A program made the translations under genes and the position numbers. A stretch of 64,000 nt of DNA, taken from Clostridia bacterium (GTDB lineage: Bacteria > Bacillota > Clostridia > Oscillospirales > CAG-272). The DNA lies in contig JAFVOQ010000047.1 in assembly GCA_017505785.1 (NCBI GenBank), positions 16,558 to 80,557 on the forward strand, in the 5' to 3' direction. Positions 47,294 to 56,434 of the stretch are shown in pieces (within the stretch, counting starts at the first letter, position 1; each line of letters opens with the position of its first letter). The notes under the pieces are model-generated. The model ran no database searches. It saw nothing but the letters and a program-made list of their open reading frames with translations, and was not told the origin of the DNA.

Positions 47294-48172
47294 CTATACG
47301 GAAAAAGCCTTCTCAATGCTATCCGCCAGCAGTGCCGCAAGGCTTGGCACCAAAAGATCGATCTCCTTGGGTGTAACGAAAAAGCTCTTACCGCCATGCA
47401 CCAGATCTTCAAATTCCGGCATATCTTCCTCGATACCGAAGCGCACCAATGCATCCTTTACCAGTGTTTCACTTTCCACCACCGTTGGTACACCAAGTGC
47501 CAAAACAGGCACGCCTACCGTTTGAGCTGTCAGCGCGGGGCGACCGCCACCGATCCCCGAGCCAGGCTGTATCCCCGTGTCGGAAAGCTGAACCGTGGTA
47601 CCCAAATGGCTTGTCGCACGTGCCGCAAGCGAGTCGACCGCGAGGACAAGATCGGGATTGGTAACAGACACAACACCGCGCACGATCTCAGCTGTTTCAA
47701 GACCCGTTTGGCAGGAAACGCCCGTTGCCAATGCCGAAATGCGACAGGGGTGATCACACAGCTCCCACATGCGCTCCTCCCGATCTTCAAAGCGTGTGAC
47801 AGAAACGCGCTCTACCGTTTGCGGACCTAAGGCATCCGGCGTCATTTGGGCGTTTCCAAGCCCGATCACCAGCAAGGAAAAGCTGTGCTGAATGCGTTTT
47901 CCCACAACGCGCTCTGCCATTTCCCGCAGCTCAACGGCAAGCACGCGCCGCAGCTCCTCAGCCGCACGCTCCCCCTTATAAAGTGCCTTGCCGCAGGAAA
48001 CCGTAACATACCTGCCGCAAGGCTTTCCGATCCGCTTTGCCGCCTCCTCGCTCTTGATCTGCACACGCAAGATCTCATGTCCGCATGCGTGTGTGCGAAG
48101 CACACGTACGCCTTCCCCGTTTTCCTCGCATCCGCATTCTCTTGCCAGATCGCTACGCATTCTTTGTGCCAT
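47294..48172 (-). CDS. gpr: GPR endopeptidase (spore germination protease)
   Basis: From MAQRMRSDLARE. LVIGLGNAQMTPDALGP, DSLAARA, SDTGIQPGSGIG and VTPKEID parallel B. subtilis Gpr as recalled. Confidence 0.88.
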   Translation of the reverse strand: MAQRMRSDLARECGCEENGEGVRVLRTHACGHEILRVQIKSEEAAKRIGKPCGRYVTVSCGKALYKGERAAEELRRVLAVELREMAERVVGKRIQHSFSLLVIGLGNAQMTPDALGPQTVERVSVTRFEDREERMWELCDHPCRISALATGVSCQTGLETAEIVRGVVSVTNPDLVLAVDSLAARATSHLGTTVQLSDTGIQPGSGIGGGRPALTAQTVGVPVLALGVPTVVESETLVKDALVRFGIEEDMPEFEDLVHGGKSFFVTPKEIDLLVPSLAALLADSIEKAFSV

Positions 48173-48187
48173 ACTGTGCCCCCCGCT

Positions 48188-48225
48188 TAGCCGCAAGGCT
48201 TGTGGGTTTGATTCCCGTGCGGCTA
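48188..48225. repeat. 38-nt hairpin repeat, copy B (TAGCCGCAAGGCTTGTGGGTTTGATTCCCGTGCGGCTA)
   Basis: Perfect 8-bp outer stem TAGCCGCA/TGCGGCTA. 34/38 identical to the reverse complement of copy A. Lies 16 nt upstream of the gpr start codon. Confidence 0.8.
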
Positions 48226-48339
48226 CTAAATGTTTTTTTATTATCTCCGTTTTTTTCTTTCACTATGTGAAAGTTGCCCATTTTTTTGCCAAATTATTGT
48301 GCAAGTGTCCAAACCTTGCTTTTTTGTGGCACGGAACGC

Positions 48340-48368
48340 TTGAAATTTAGCTAAAGCCATGATATAAT
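48340..48368 (+). promoter_or_regulatory. Promoter TTGAAA-17-TATAAT for the solute-binding protein gene
   Basis: Counted base by base. Confidence 0.6.
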
Positions 48369-48432
48369 ATAAAACGTTAATATGGTATCGTATGGCAGTA
48401 TGCCGCATACCCCACCAAGGAGGACTACCAAA

Positions 48433-50244
48433 ATGATGAAACGCATTGTGGCACTTATGCTTTGTCTTGTGTGCCTGCTGCTCTGCTTTGCAGGCTGCTC
48501 GCACGGTGAAAACGATAAGGGTGCTTACATTCGCATGTACCTGAGCGAACGGGTTTACGATGTAGATCCGCTGAACGCCTTTGACAATCAAGCGACATTG
48601 CAGATCGTATCGCTGATCTACGAGGGGCTCTTTACCGCCGATGAAGACGGCGACGTAAAGAAAGCACTGGTAGAAGATTACGAGTACATTGCCGATGAGG
48701 AAACTGACACATATAAGCTTGTTCTTTATTTGAAGGAAACCAAATGGTCGGACGGCGTGCAGCTCACCGCATCCGATGCGCAGTACGCATTCCTGCGCCT
48801 GTTCTCGAACACGGTTTCTCACCCCGCGGTTGCCATGCTGTTCGATGTTAAAAACGCACGCGCTATTGCGGCAGGTAATGACAGCGTTGACCACCTTGGT
48901 GTTATGGTAACAGACCCCCAAACACTTGAGATCGAATTTGAGGGCGACATTGATGTCGATACTTTCCTGCCCGTTCTGACAAGCCCTGCGCTCTATCCGC
49001 TTCGTGCCGACAAGATCGACACCAACGAGAACTGGAGCAAGCTTGGCAAGGACATCGTATGCAGCGGTCCCTTCATCATCAACACAATGGATTATACGAA
49101 GAAGGACGGCTTTATGCTGGAGCGCAACGGCTATTATTACCGTGACCGCACCAAGGATGATGCCGATAAGTACGTAACGCCTTACCGTATCATTGTGGAT
49201 TACTCTACCCCTGCCGTTGATCAGCTTGCTAAATTCAACAGCAAGGAAGAAGGCGAGCTTTACTACTTTGGTTATATTCCGCTTGCGGCTCGCACCGATG
49301 AGTATGCCGATGTTTTGAAGAAGCTGGACGTGACTGCTTCTAACTCTACCCATGTATATTACATGAACCAAGCAGTAGCTCCCTTTGACAACGCTGCTGT
49401 AAGAAATGCGCTTTCCCTGGCACTTGACCGCGAGGCGATCGCCGAGGCGATCGTATATGCCGAGGCGGCAGATGCGCTCGTTCCCCAGTCCATTCTTTAC
49501 CGCGCTGATAAGAGCGCAACCTTCCGCAAAAAGGCAGAGGGCTACTTCACAACCGCTGCCAACGTGGAGCAGGCGAAGCAGCTTTTGGCAGACGCCGGTA
49601 TCAAAGCAAGTGATTACAGCTTTACGCTGACCGTGAATGCAGAAAGCGAAGAGCATCTCAAAATGGCACAGCTTGCAGTGGCTGCATGGAAGCAGCTTGG
49701 CTTTGATGTGTCGCTCAAGGAGCTTGGCGTTTATGAGGTTGTAACCGTGGATTCCAAGGGCGGCAAGGTGCACACCGGTGCATACGCGAGCGAATACAGA
49801 GAAGCTCTGCAAAGCGGCAGCTTTGATGTGATCGCACTCGATCTGGTATCCACTGCACCCACGGCACTTTCCTACCTTGCCCCCTTTGCAAAGGCATTCT
49901 CCGGCAACGGTTATTCCACAGTTGTAGGCGAAGACGGCAAGACCACTTATAGCCTTAACCCTCACATTACGGGCTACGACAGCACGGAATACAACGCAAA
50001 GATAGATGCGGCACAGGCTGAGAAAAACGAGAAGAAGCGCGCAGCGCTTTTGGAGGAGGCCGAGGCAATTCTGATGAAGGATATGCCTGTCATCCCCGTG
50101 GTATATAACAAAAACACCACGCTTGTTGGCAAGAAGCTCTCCGGCATGAAGTCTGATTTCTTCTGCCCCAATATACTCACCGATGCAAAGCTTTCGGGCT
50201 ACTGGAAGATCGCGATCCGCGATGGCTTCGTTGAGGAAGAATAA
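48433..50244 (+). CDS. ABC transporter substrate-binding lipoprotein, family 5 (peptide/nickel type)
   Basis: Start is MMKRIVALMLCLVCLLLCFAGCSH (lipobox FAGC) after RBS AAGGAGGA. About 600 aa, OppA/DppA-like. Confidence 0.88.
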   Translation: MMKRIVALMLCLVCLLLCFAGCSHGENDKGAYIRMYLSERVYDVDPLNAFDNQATLQIVSLIYEGLFTADEDGDVKKALVEDYEYIADEETDTYKLVLYLKETKWSDGVQLTASDAQYAFLRLFSNTVSHPAVAMLFDVKNARAIAAGNDSVDHLGVMVTDPQTLEIEFEGDIDVDTFLPVLTSPALYPLRADKIDTNENWSKLGKDIVCSGPFIINTMDYTKKDGFMLERNGYYYRDRTKDDADKYVTPYRIIVDYSTPAVDQLAKFNSKEEGELYYFGYIPLAARTDEYADVLKKLDVTASNSTHVYYMNQAVAPFDNAAVRNALSLALDREAIAEAIVYAEAADALVPQSILYRADKSATFRKKAEGYFTTAANVEQAKQLLADAGIKASDYSFTLTVNAESEEHLKMAQLAVAAWKQLGFDVSLKELGVYEVVTVDSKGGKVHTGAYASEYREALQSGSFDVIALDLVSTAPTALSYLAPFAKAFSGNGYSTVVGEDGKTTYSLNPHITGYDSTEYNAKIDAAQAEKNEKKRAALLEEAEAILMKDMPVIPVVYNKNTTLVGKKLSGMKSDFFCPNILTDAKLSGYWKIAIRDGFVEEE

Positions 50245-50254
50245 ATAACTACGC

Positions 50255-50290
50255 AAATACGCTCGCTTGCGCGAGCGTATTTGTTATTTT
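50255..50290 (+). terminator. Terminator after the solute-binding protein gene
   Basis: AUACGCUCGC-UUGC-GCGAGCGUAU followed by UUGUUAUUUU. Confidence 0.8.
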
Positions 50291-50484
50291 ATAATTTTAT
50301 AAAAACGGTTTGTTCCGCCAAGCATTTTCCACCCAAGACTTTCTCTGTTCCGTTTGCCTATCTGCTCGATGAGCGTTTAAGAATAATATGATATTTTCCC
50401 TTGTTTTTATATGTAACTTATAGACAAGCATTATAAAATGTGTTATACTATTTTAATAACGGTACATAATAAATAGGTAAAATA

Positions 50485-51105
50485 ATGAAAATACAAAATC
50501 TGACGCCCGGCGGTTTTGCCGCCAACTGTTACCTTATTACCCAAGGGCATACTGCGGTTCTCATTGATTGCACCGCACCTGCCGCTTGTATTACCGAGGC
50601 TCTGAAAAAGGAAAACGCCTCGCTTTCTGCCATACTTCTCACCCACGCTCACTTTGACCATATGCTGACCGTAGCAGAGGTAAAGGCGGCAACAGGTGCC
50701 GCAATTTATCTTTCGCACGGTGATGCGGAGCTTCCCTCAGACGGTGCAAAAAACGCTTTTTCGCTGTTTTTCGGCTATGAAAAATCCTACCCTTTGGCAG
50801 ACCGTCTGTTTGACGACGGTGAATTGCTCACCTTTGATGATCTGACCCTTCGCGTGATGTGCACACCGGGGCACACGCGCGGCTCGGCTCTGTTTTTGGT
50901 CGGCAACATTGCCTTTACGGGTGATACGATCTTTGCCGCAGGATACGGCAGATACGATCTTTTTGGGGGCGATCCCTTGGCATTGCAAAAATCGCTTTTG
51001 GCGATTGCGGCTCTCCCTGCCGACACCACTATTTATCCGGGGCACGGCGAGCCTGCAAGGCTTGGTACGGCACTTGATGAAATTAGAAATTTTATGGAAC
51101 TTTAA
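50485..51105 (+). CDS. MBL-fold metallo-hydrolase (glyoxalase II-like)
   Basis: 206 aa. THAHFDH motif. Confidence 0.88.
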   Translation: MKIQNLTPGGFAANCYLITQGHTAVLIDCTAPAACITEALKKENASLSAILLTHAHFDHMLTVAEVKAATGAAIYLSHGDAELPSDGAKNAFSLFFGYEKSYPLADRLFDDGELLTFDDLTLRVMCTPGHTRGSALFLVGNIAFTGDTIFAAGYGRYDLFGGDPLALQKSLLAIAALPADTTIYPGHGEPARLGTALDEIRNFMEL

Positions 51106-51122
51106 GATAACCGAGGTATACC

Positions 51123-52769
51123 ATGGACACAACAGCACTTGCAACACTGCTTTTCCCAAACGTAACCAAAACTCCGGCCGATATGGAGGCTCTCTTTCCC
51201 CCTCGCACGCTCACCGAGGGCGCGATCGTTTCCCGCATGGCACCCAGCCCCACGGGCTTTGTGCATCTCGGAAATCTCGTACAGGGGCTTACCTCCGAGC
51301 GCATGTGCCACCAATCGGGCGGCACGCTTTTTCTGCGCGTAGAGGATACCGATGCCAAGCGTGAGGTAGCGGGCGCGGTTGAGATTCTCATCGAATCACT
51401 GAAGCATTACAACATCCACTTTGACGAGGGTGCCACGGTTGACGGCGACAACGGCATATACGGCCCCTACCGTCAACGCCAACGTGCCGATATTTATCAC
51501 GTATACGCAAAGCAGCTCGTGCTCGAGGGCATGGCATATCCTTGCTTTTGTACCGAGGAGGAGCTTTCCGACATTCACGCCCGTCAAGAGGCGGGAAAGG
51601 CGAATTACGGCTATTTTGGCAAATGGGCTGTATGGCGTGATCGCCCCATGGAGGATATCAAGGCGGCACTTGCCGCAGGAAAGCCCTGGGTGCTGCGTTA
51701 TCGCTCAACAGGCTCAATCGAAAACAAGATCCGCTTTACCGATCTGATTAAGGGCAATCTTGAGCTGACCGAAAACGATATGGATCACGTGCTTTTGAAG
51801 TCTGACGGGATCCCCACCTATCACTTTGCACATGCGGTTGATGACCACCTGATGCATACCACGCACGTGGTGCGCGGTGATGAATGGTTGCCGACCCTTC
51901 CCTTCCACCTCCAGCTCTTTCGCTCGCTTGGCTTTAAGCCGCCCAAGTACCTGCACATCGGCCCCTTGATGAAAATGGACGGTGACTCCAAGCGCAAGCT
52001 TTCAAAGCGCAAGGACCCTGAGCTGGCACTCACCTATTACCGTGAAGCGGGCTTCCCCGTAGCATCGGTTTATGAATACCTGATGACGGTGCTCAATTCC
52101 AACTTTGAGGATTGGCGACGCGCCAACCCCGATGCCCCCATTGACAGCTTTAAATTCTCTTACAAAAAAATGAACCCCGCAGGCTCTCTCTTTGATGCAG
52201 CCAAGCTGCGCGACGTATCGAAAAACGTCATTTCCCGTATGAGCACCGACCGCATTTATGACGAGGCGGTGGCTTGGGCAAAGGATTACGATACTGCGCT
52301 TTATACCCACTTAACGGCGGATCCTGCCTATGCAAAATCCATTTTATCGATCGGTCGCGGTGGCAAAAAGCCGCGCAAGGATTTTGCGGTGCTTGCAGAC
52401 GTGCGCCCCTACCTTGACTTTTTCTATGATGACTGGTTCGCTGTAACCGATACCTATCCCGAAGCCTTTGACAAGGCAGATATCAAGGCGGCACTCGCGC
52501 GCTTCACCCAAACCTTTGATGAAGCGGACGACATGAACACCTGGTTTGACAAAATCAAAGCAGTAGCCGAGGAGCTTGGATTTGCCTCGGATATGAAGGC
52601 ATACAAGGAAAATCCCACGGGCTACCGCGGCAACGTTGCCGATATCAGCATGTTCTTGCGTGTAGCAATCACAGGTCGCCTTAACTCCCCCGACATGTAC
52701 GCCGTGATGCAGATCTTGGGCAAGGACCGCGTATTTGCCCGCATCAACGCCATGATCGATACATTATAA
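51123..52769 (+). CDS. gltX: Glutamate--tRNA ligase
   Basis: 548 aa. HIGH-type SPTGFVHLGN and KMSKS-type KLSKRK. Confidence 0.92.
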   Translation: MDTTALATLLFPNVTKTPADMEALFPPRTLTEGAIVSRMAPSPTGFVHLGNLVQGLTSERMCHQSGGTLFLRVEDTDAKREVAGAVEILIESLKHYNIHFDEGATVDGDNGIYGPYRQRQRADIYHVYAKQLVLEGMAYPCFCTEEELSDIHARQEAGKANYGYFGKWAVWRDRPMEDIKAALAAGKPWVLRYRSTGSIENKIRFTDLIKGNLELTENDMDHVLLKSDGIPTYHFAHAVDDHLMHTTHVVRGDEWLPTLPFHLQLFRSLGFKPPKYLHIGPLMKMDGDSKRKLSKRKDPELALTYYREAGFPVASVYEYLMTVLNSNFEDWRRANPDAPIDSFKFSYKKMNPAGSLFDAAKLRDVSKNVISRMSTDRIYDEAVAWAKDYDTALYTHLTADPAYAKSILSIGRGGKKPRKDFAVLADVRPYLDFFYDDWFAVTDTYPEAFDKADIKAALARFTQTFDEADDMNTWFDKIKAVAEELGFASDMKAYKENPTGYRGNVADISMFLRVAITGRLNSPDMYAVMQILGKDRVFARINAMIDTL

Positions 52770-52788
52770 CAGCCGAGAGGTTAAAAAA

Positions 52789-54447
52789 ATGGAAGAAATT
52801 ATCAACAGTAATTTTATACACGATATTATTGACAAGGATCTCGCAGAAAATCCCGACCTCAAAATCCACACGCGCTTCCCTCCCGAGCCAAACGGATATC
52901 TTCACATCGGGTCGGTCAAGGCGATCTGCATCAACACCGATGTTGCGAACAAATACAGCGGACTTTTCAATCTCCGCTATGATGACACCAACCCCGCCAA
53001 GGAAAGCGATGAGTTTGTACGCTCGATCCGCGAGGACCTTGAATGGCTGGGTGCTACCCCTACGGGCGGTGTGTTTTACGGCTCTGATTATTTTGGAAAA
53101 TGCTACGAATTTGCTGTGCAGCTGATAAAGCAAGGCGATGCCTACGTTTGCGATCTGTCGCGTGACGATCTTGCCGATTACAAGGGCACCGACCGTGCGG
53201 TTGCCTCTAAGGAATCTCCCTACCGCAATCGCTCGGTTGAGGAAAATCTTGATCTTTTTGAGCGTATGAGAGCCGGCGAATTTCCCGACGGCGCACGCAC
53301 GCTGCGCGCAAAGATCGATCCCTCCTCGGATAACCCTTATCTGCGCGACCCCGTGATCTACCGCATCAAGCATATCCACCACCACCGCCAGGGCGATGAG
53401 TGGTGCGTGTACCCGATGTACGATTTTGCACATCCCATTCAGGATGCTCTTGAGGGCATTACCCACTCGCTTTGCTCGAGTGAGTTCCGCAACCACCGCC
53501 CACTTTACGATTGGGTGGTTGACAAGATCGGCTTTGAAAAGAAGCCTCACCAATGGGAGTTTGGGCGCATGAACATCACCTATACCGTGATGTCCAAGCG
53601 TTATCTGCGCCAGTTGGTTGAGGAAGGCCACGTAGATGGGTGGGATGACCCCCGTTTGCCGACCCTGTGCGGTCTGCGCCGCCGTGGCTACACGCCAAAG
53701 GCACTCTTTACCTTTGTGCGCGAGGCAGGCGTGACCAACACCGACCATACGGTGGATATCCGCCAGCTTGAGGCATGCGTGCGCGATGATCTGAATGAAA
53801 ACGCGCTGCGCCGTGTTGCTATCGTAAATCCCATCAAGGTGATCATCGACAATTACCCCGAGGACAAGGAAGAAATGATCGCGCTCCCGAACCACCCGCA
53901 AAAGCCCGAGCTTGGCACGCGTGATCTGCCCATGAGCCGCGAGATCTATATCGACGCCGATGATTTTGCCGAGGTTCCGCCTCCGAAATTCTTCCGCTTA
54001 AAGCCCGACGGCGAGGTGCGCCTGATGGGTGGCTATATCATCAAATACGCAGGAATCGAAAAGAACAGTGACGGCAGCATCAAATGCATTCACGCCACCG
54101 CCGATCTTGAAACCGGTAACGGTATGCCGGCAGACGGGCGTAAGATCAAGGGCACCATTCACTGGCTTTCCGCCAAGCACGCAAAGCCTGCCTCCATGAT
54201 GCTTTACGAACGCCTGTTTGACATTGAAAACACCGCCGATGTGCCCGAAGGCAAGACTTACCTTGATTTCCTCAACAAGGAGTCCCTTACCCGTATCTCC
54301 AATGCTTTTGTTGAGCCCTCCCTTTCCGAGGCTAAGGGCGGCGACAAATTCCAGTTTGTGCGTGTAGGATACTTCTGTAAGGACACCAAAAACCCCGACA
54401 CCTTCAACCGCGTGGTAGGACTTAAGGATAGCTTCCCCAAAAAATAA
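52789..54447 (+). CDS. glnS: Glutamine--tRNA ligase
   Basis: 552 aa. PEPNGYLHIGS and VMSKR, plus a C-terminal beta-barrel anticodon-binding region. Confidence 0.95.
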   Translation: MEEIINSNFIHDIIDKDLAENPDLKIHTRFPPEPNGYLHIGSVKAICINTDVANKYSGLFNLRYDDTNPAKESDEFVRSIREDLEWLGATPTGGVFYGSDYFGKCYEFAVQLIKQGDAYVCDLSRDDLADYKGTDRAVASKESPYRNRSVEENLDLFERMRAGEFPDGARTLRAKIDPSSDNPYLRDPVIYRIKHIHHHRQGDEWCVYPMYDFAHPIQDALEGITHSLCSSEFRNHRPLYDWVVDKIGFEKKPHQWEFGRMNITYTVMSKRYLRQLVEEGHVDGWDDPRLPTLCGLRRRGYTPKALFTFVREAGVTNTDHTVDIRQLEACVRDDLNENALRRVAIVNPIKVIIDNYPEDKEEMIALPNHPQKPELGTRDLPMSREIYIDADDFAEVPPPKFFRLKPDGEVRLMGGYIIKYAGIEKNSDGSIKCIHATADLETGNGMPADGRKIKGTIHWLSAKHAKPASMMLYERLFDIENTADVPEGKTYLDFLNKESLTRISNAFVEPSLSEAKGGDKFQFVRVGYFCKDTKNPDTFNRVVGLKDSFPKK

Positions 54448-54496
54448 AAATTTTGGGCTGATGCATTTAGCACCGACCAAAAGCAAAAAAAGGAAT

Positions 54497-54552
54497 AAAA
54501 AAACAAACCGCTTTTTCATCGCCAAACGGTGAAGGAAGCGGTTTGTTTTTTT
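54497..54552. terminator. Bidirectional terminator between glnS and the ABC exporter gene
   Basis: A-run-AAACAAACCGCUU-22 nt-AAGCGGUUUGUUU-U-run. Confidence 0.8.
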
Positions 54553-54601
54553 AGACGCGCTCTCGGCACGCCTTCTGCATCTGATGAATCAGCCCCGATT
54601 T

Positions 54602-56329
54602 TTAGGTTAAATTTTCACGGAATTGCAAACGGTACAGTGCGGCGTACTCGCCGTTTTTGTTCAAGAGCTCGTCGTGCGTGCCTTGCTCCACGATCTTGCC
54701 GCCCGACACAACAGCGATCTCATCTGCATTTTTAATGGTAGAAAGGCGATGTGCCACCACAAGAGTGGTTCTGCCAAGGCAAAGCTCGTCAAGTGCTTGC
54801 TGAATGAGAATTTCAGTGGTGTTATCGAGGGCACTGGTCGCCTCGTCAAGTATGAGGATCGGCGGATTTTTGAGGAACACGCGTGCGATAGACAGGCGTT
54901 GCTTTTGACCGCCCGAAAGGCGCACGCCGCGCTCGCCGATCTTGGTGTCATACCCTTCCTCAAGCGTCATGATGTAATCGTGAATGTTGGCGCGCTTTGC
55001 CGCCGCCACGATCTCCTCCTCAGTCGCATCCAGCTTGCCGTAAAGTATATTGTCGCGAATACTTGCGTTAAAGAGATAAATATCCTGCTGAACGATGCCG
55101 ATATTGCGGCGCAGAGATTCGCGCGTATATTCCTTGATCGAGTGGCCGTCAACCAAGAGCTCGCCCACATCAATATCGTAAAAATGAGGGATCAGATGAC
55201 AAATGGTGGTCTTTCCGCCGCCCGAGGGCCCCACCAGTGCAAATTTTTTGCCTTGCTCTATTTTGAAGCTGACATTATCAAGAACGCTCTTTTCGCCCTC
55301 CTCGCCGTAGGAATAGGTAACGCCCTTAAATTCGATCTCGCCCTGCAGCACACCTGCATCTACCGCACCCTCGGGGTCGGTTTCGGGGGTAGCATCCACA
55401 ACCTCCAAAAAGCGTTCAAAGCCCGTTACACCGTTTTGATACTGCTCCATAAAGCCGATGAGAGTCTTTACGGGGGTTAAAAACAGGTTGACAGATACGA
55501 TAAACGCCGAATAGTCACCAAAGCCGATATGTCCGTTATAAAGGAAGAAGCCGCCTGCTATGAGCACCACAACGTTAAATACGTCGGTGATAAAGGTCGT
55601 GCCCGAATGGAACTTGCCCATTGCATCATACGCCTCACGGCGTGCCTCAACGAACTCCCTGTTCCCCTCTTCAAATTTTTCGCACTCCTTGGCGGCGTTG
55701 GTAAACGCCTTGGTCACGCGAATGCCCGAAATACTGCTTTCAAGAGAAGCGTTGATCTGCGCCACCGAAGCGCGGCTTTTTTTGAACGCCTCATGCATTT
55801 TGGAGCGCAGCGCGACCGAAATGATCAGCAAAAATGGCACGCACACAAAAATAATGAGCGTGAGGATGACATTGATACTGCAAAGATAGATAAAGGAAGC
55901 CACAATGGTGATCGTTGAAATGATCAGATTCTCGGGGCCGTGATGCGCAAGCTCGCTGATATCAAACAGGTCGCTTGTCATACGTGACATCAGCTTGCCC
56001 GTTTCCTGCTTATCAAAATAGCTATACGGCAGCTTTTCGAGATGCACAAACATATCCGAGCGCATTTGTGCCTGCATACGCACACCCATTACGTGACCGT
56101 AATACTGCACAAAGTAATTGAGCAGCATGCGAACACCGTAGAGCGCGAGCAGTACCACGCCTGCAATCACGATGAGCTGATATTTGCGGTTCGGGATAAG
56201 GTCGTTTAGCATTTCCCTTGTAATAATAGGATAAAACATGCCAATGAGGGCAATAAACAGTGCCGCCAGCATATCCAGTGTAAAGATAAGGCGATGCGGC
56301 TTATAATAGGCCAAAAAGCGTTTTAACAT
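54602..56329 (-). CDS. ABC exporter, fused permease/ATPase (MsbA/type IV exporter-like)
   Basis: Start moved to MLKRFLAYYKPHR (RBS AAAGGAGAG). 6-TM domain plus [22 protein letters not shown] and ILILDEATS. Confidence 0.9.
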   Translation of the reverse strand: MLKRFLAYYKPHRLIFTLDMLAALFIALIGMFYPIITREMLNDLIPNRKYQLIVIAGVVLLALYGVRMLLNYFVQYYGHVMGVRMQAQMRSDMFVHLEKLPYSYFDKQETGKLMSRMTSDLFDISELAHHGPENLIISTITIVASFIYLCSINVILTLIIFVCVPFLLIISVALRSKMHEAFKKSRASVAQINASLESSISGIRVTKAFTNAAKECEKFEEGNREFVEARREAYDAMGKFHSGTTFITDVFNVVVLIAGGFFLYNGHIGFGDYSAFIVSVNLFLTPVKTLIGFMEQYQNGVTGFERFLEVVDATPETDPEGAVDAGVLQGEIEFKGVTYSYGEEGEKSVLDNVSFKIEQGKKFALVGPSGGGKTTICHLIPHFYDIDVGELLVDGHSIKEYTRESLRRNIGIVQQDIYLFNASIRDNILYGKLDATEEEIVAAAKRANIHDYIMTLEEGYDTKIGERGVRLSGGQKQRLSIARVFLKNPPILILDEATSALDNTTEILIQQALDELCLGRTTLVVAHRLSTIKNADEIAVVSGGKIVEQGTHDELLNKNGEYAALYRLQFRENLT

Positions 56330-56362
56330 CCGAAACTCTCCTTTGGGGATTTTAGCAGGTTT

Positions 56363-56391
56363 ATTATACAACAAAATACCCGTAAAGTCAA
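56363..56391 (-). promoter_or_regulatory. Promoter TTGACT-17-TATAAT for the ABC exporter
   Basis: Minus strand gTTGACTttacgggtattttgttgTATAATaaacc. Confidence 0.6.
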
Positions 56392-56392
56392 C

Positions 56393-56432
56393 AAAAAGCC
56401 ATGCTCTTTTCAAAGAAAGAGCATGGCTTTTT
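56393..56432 (-). terminator. Terminator after the LTD-PHP gene
   Basis: A5-GCCAUGCUCUUU-6 nt-AAAGAGCAUGGC-U5, 12-bp perfect stem. Confidence 0.85.
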
Positions 56433-56434
56433 GA

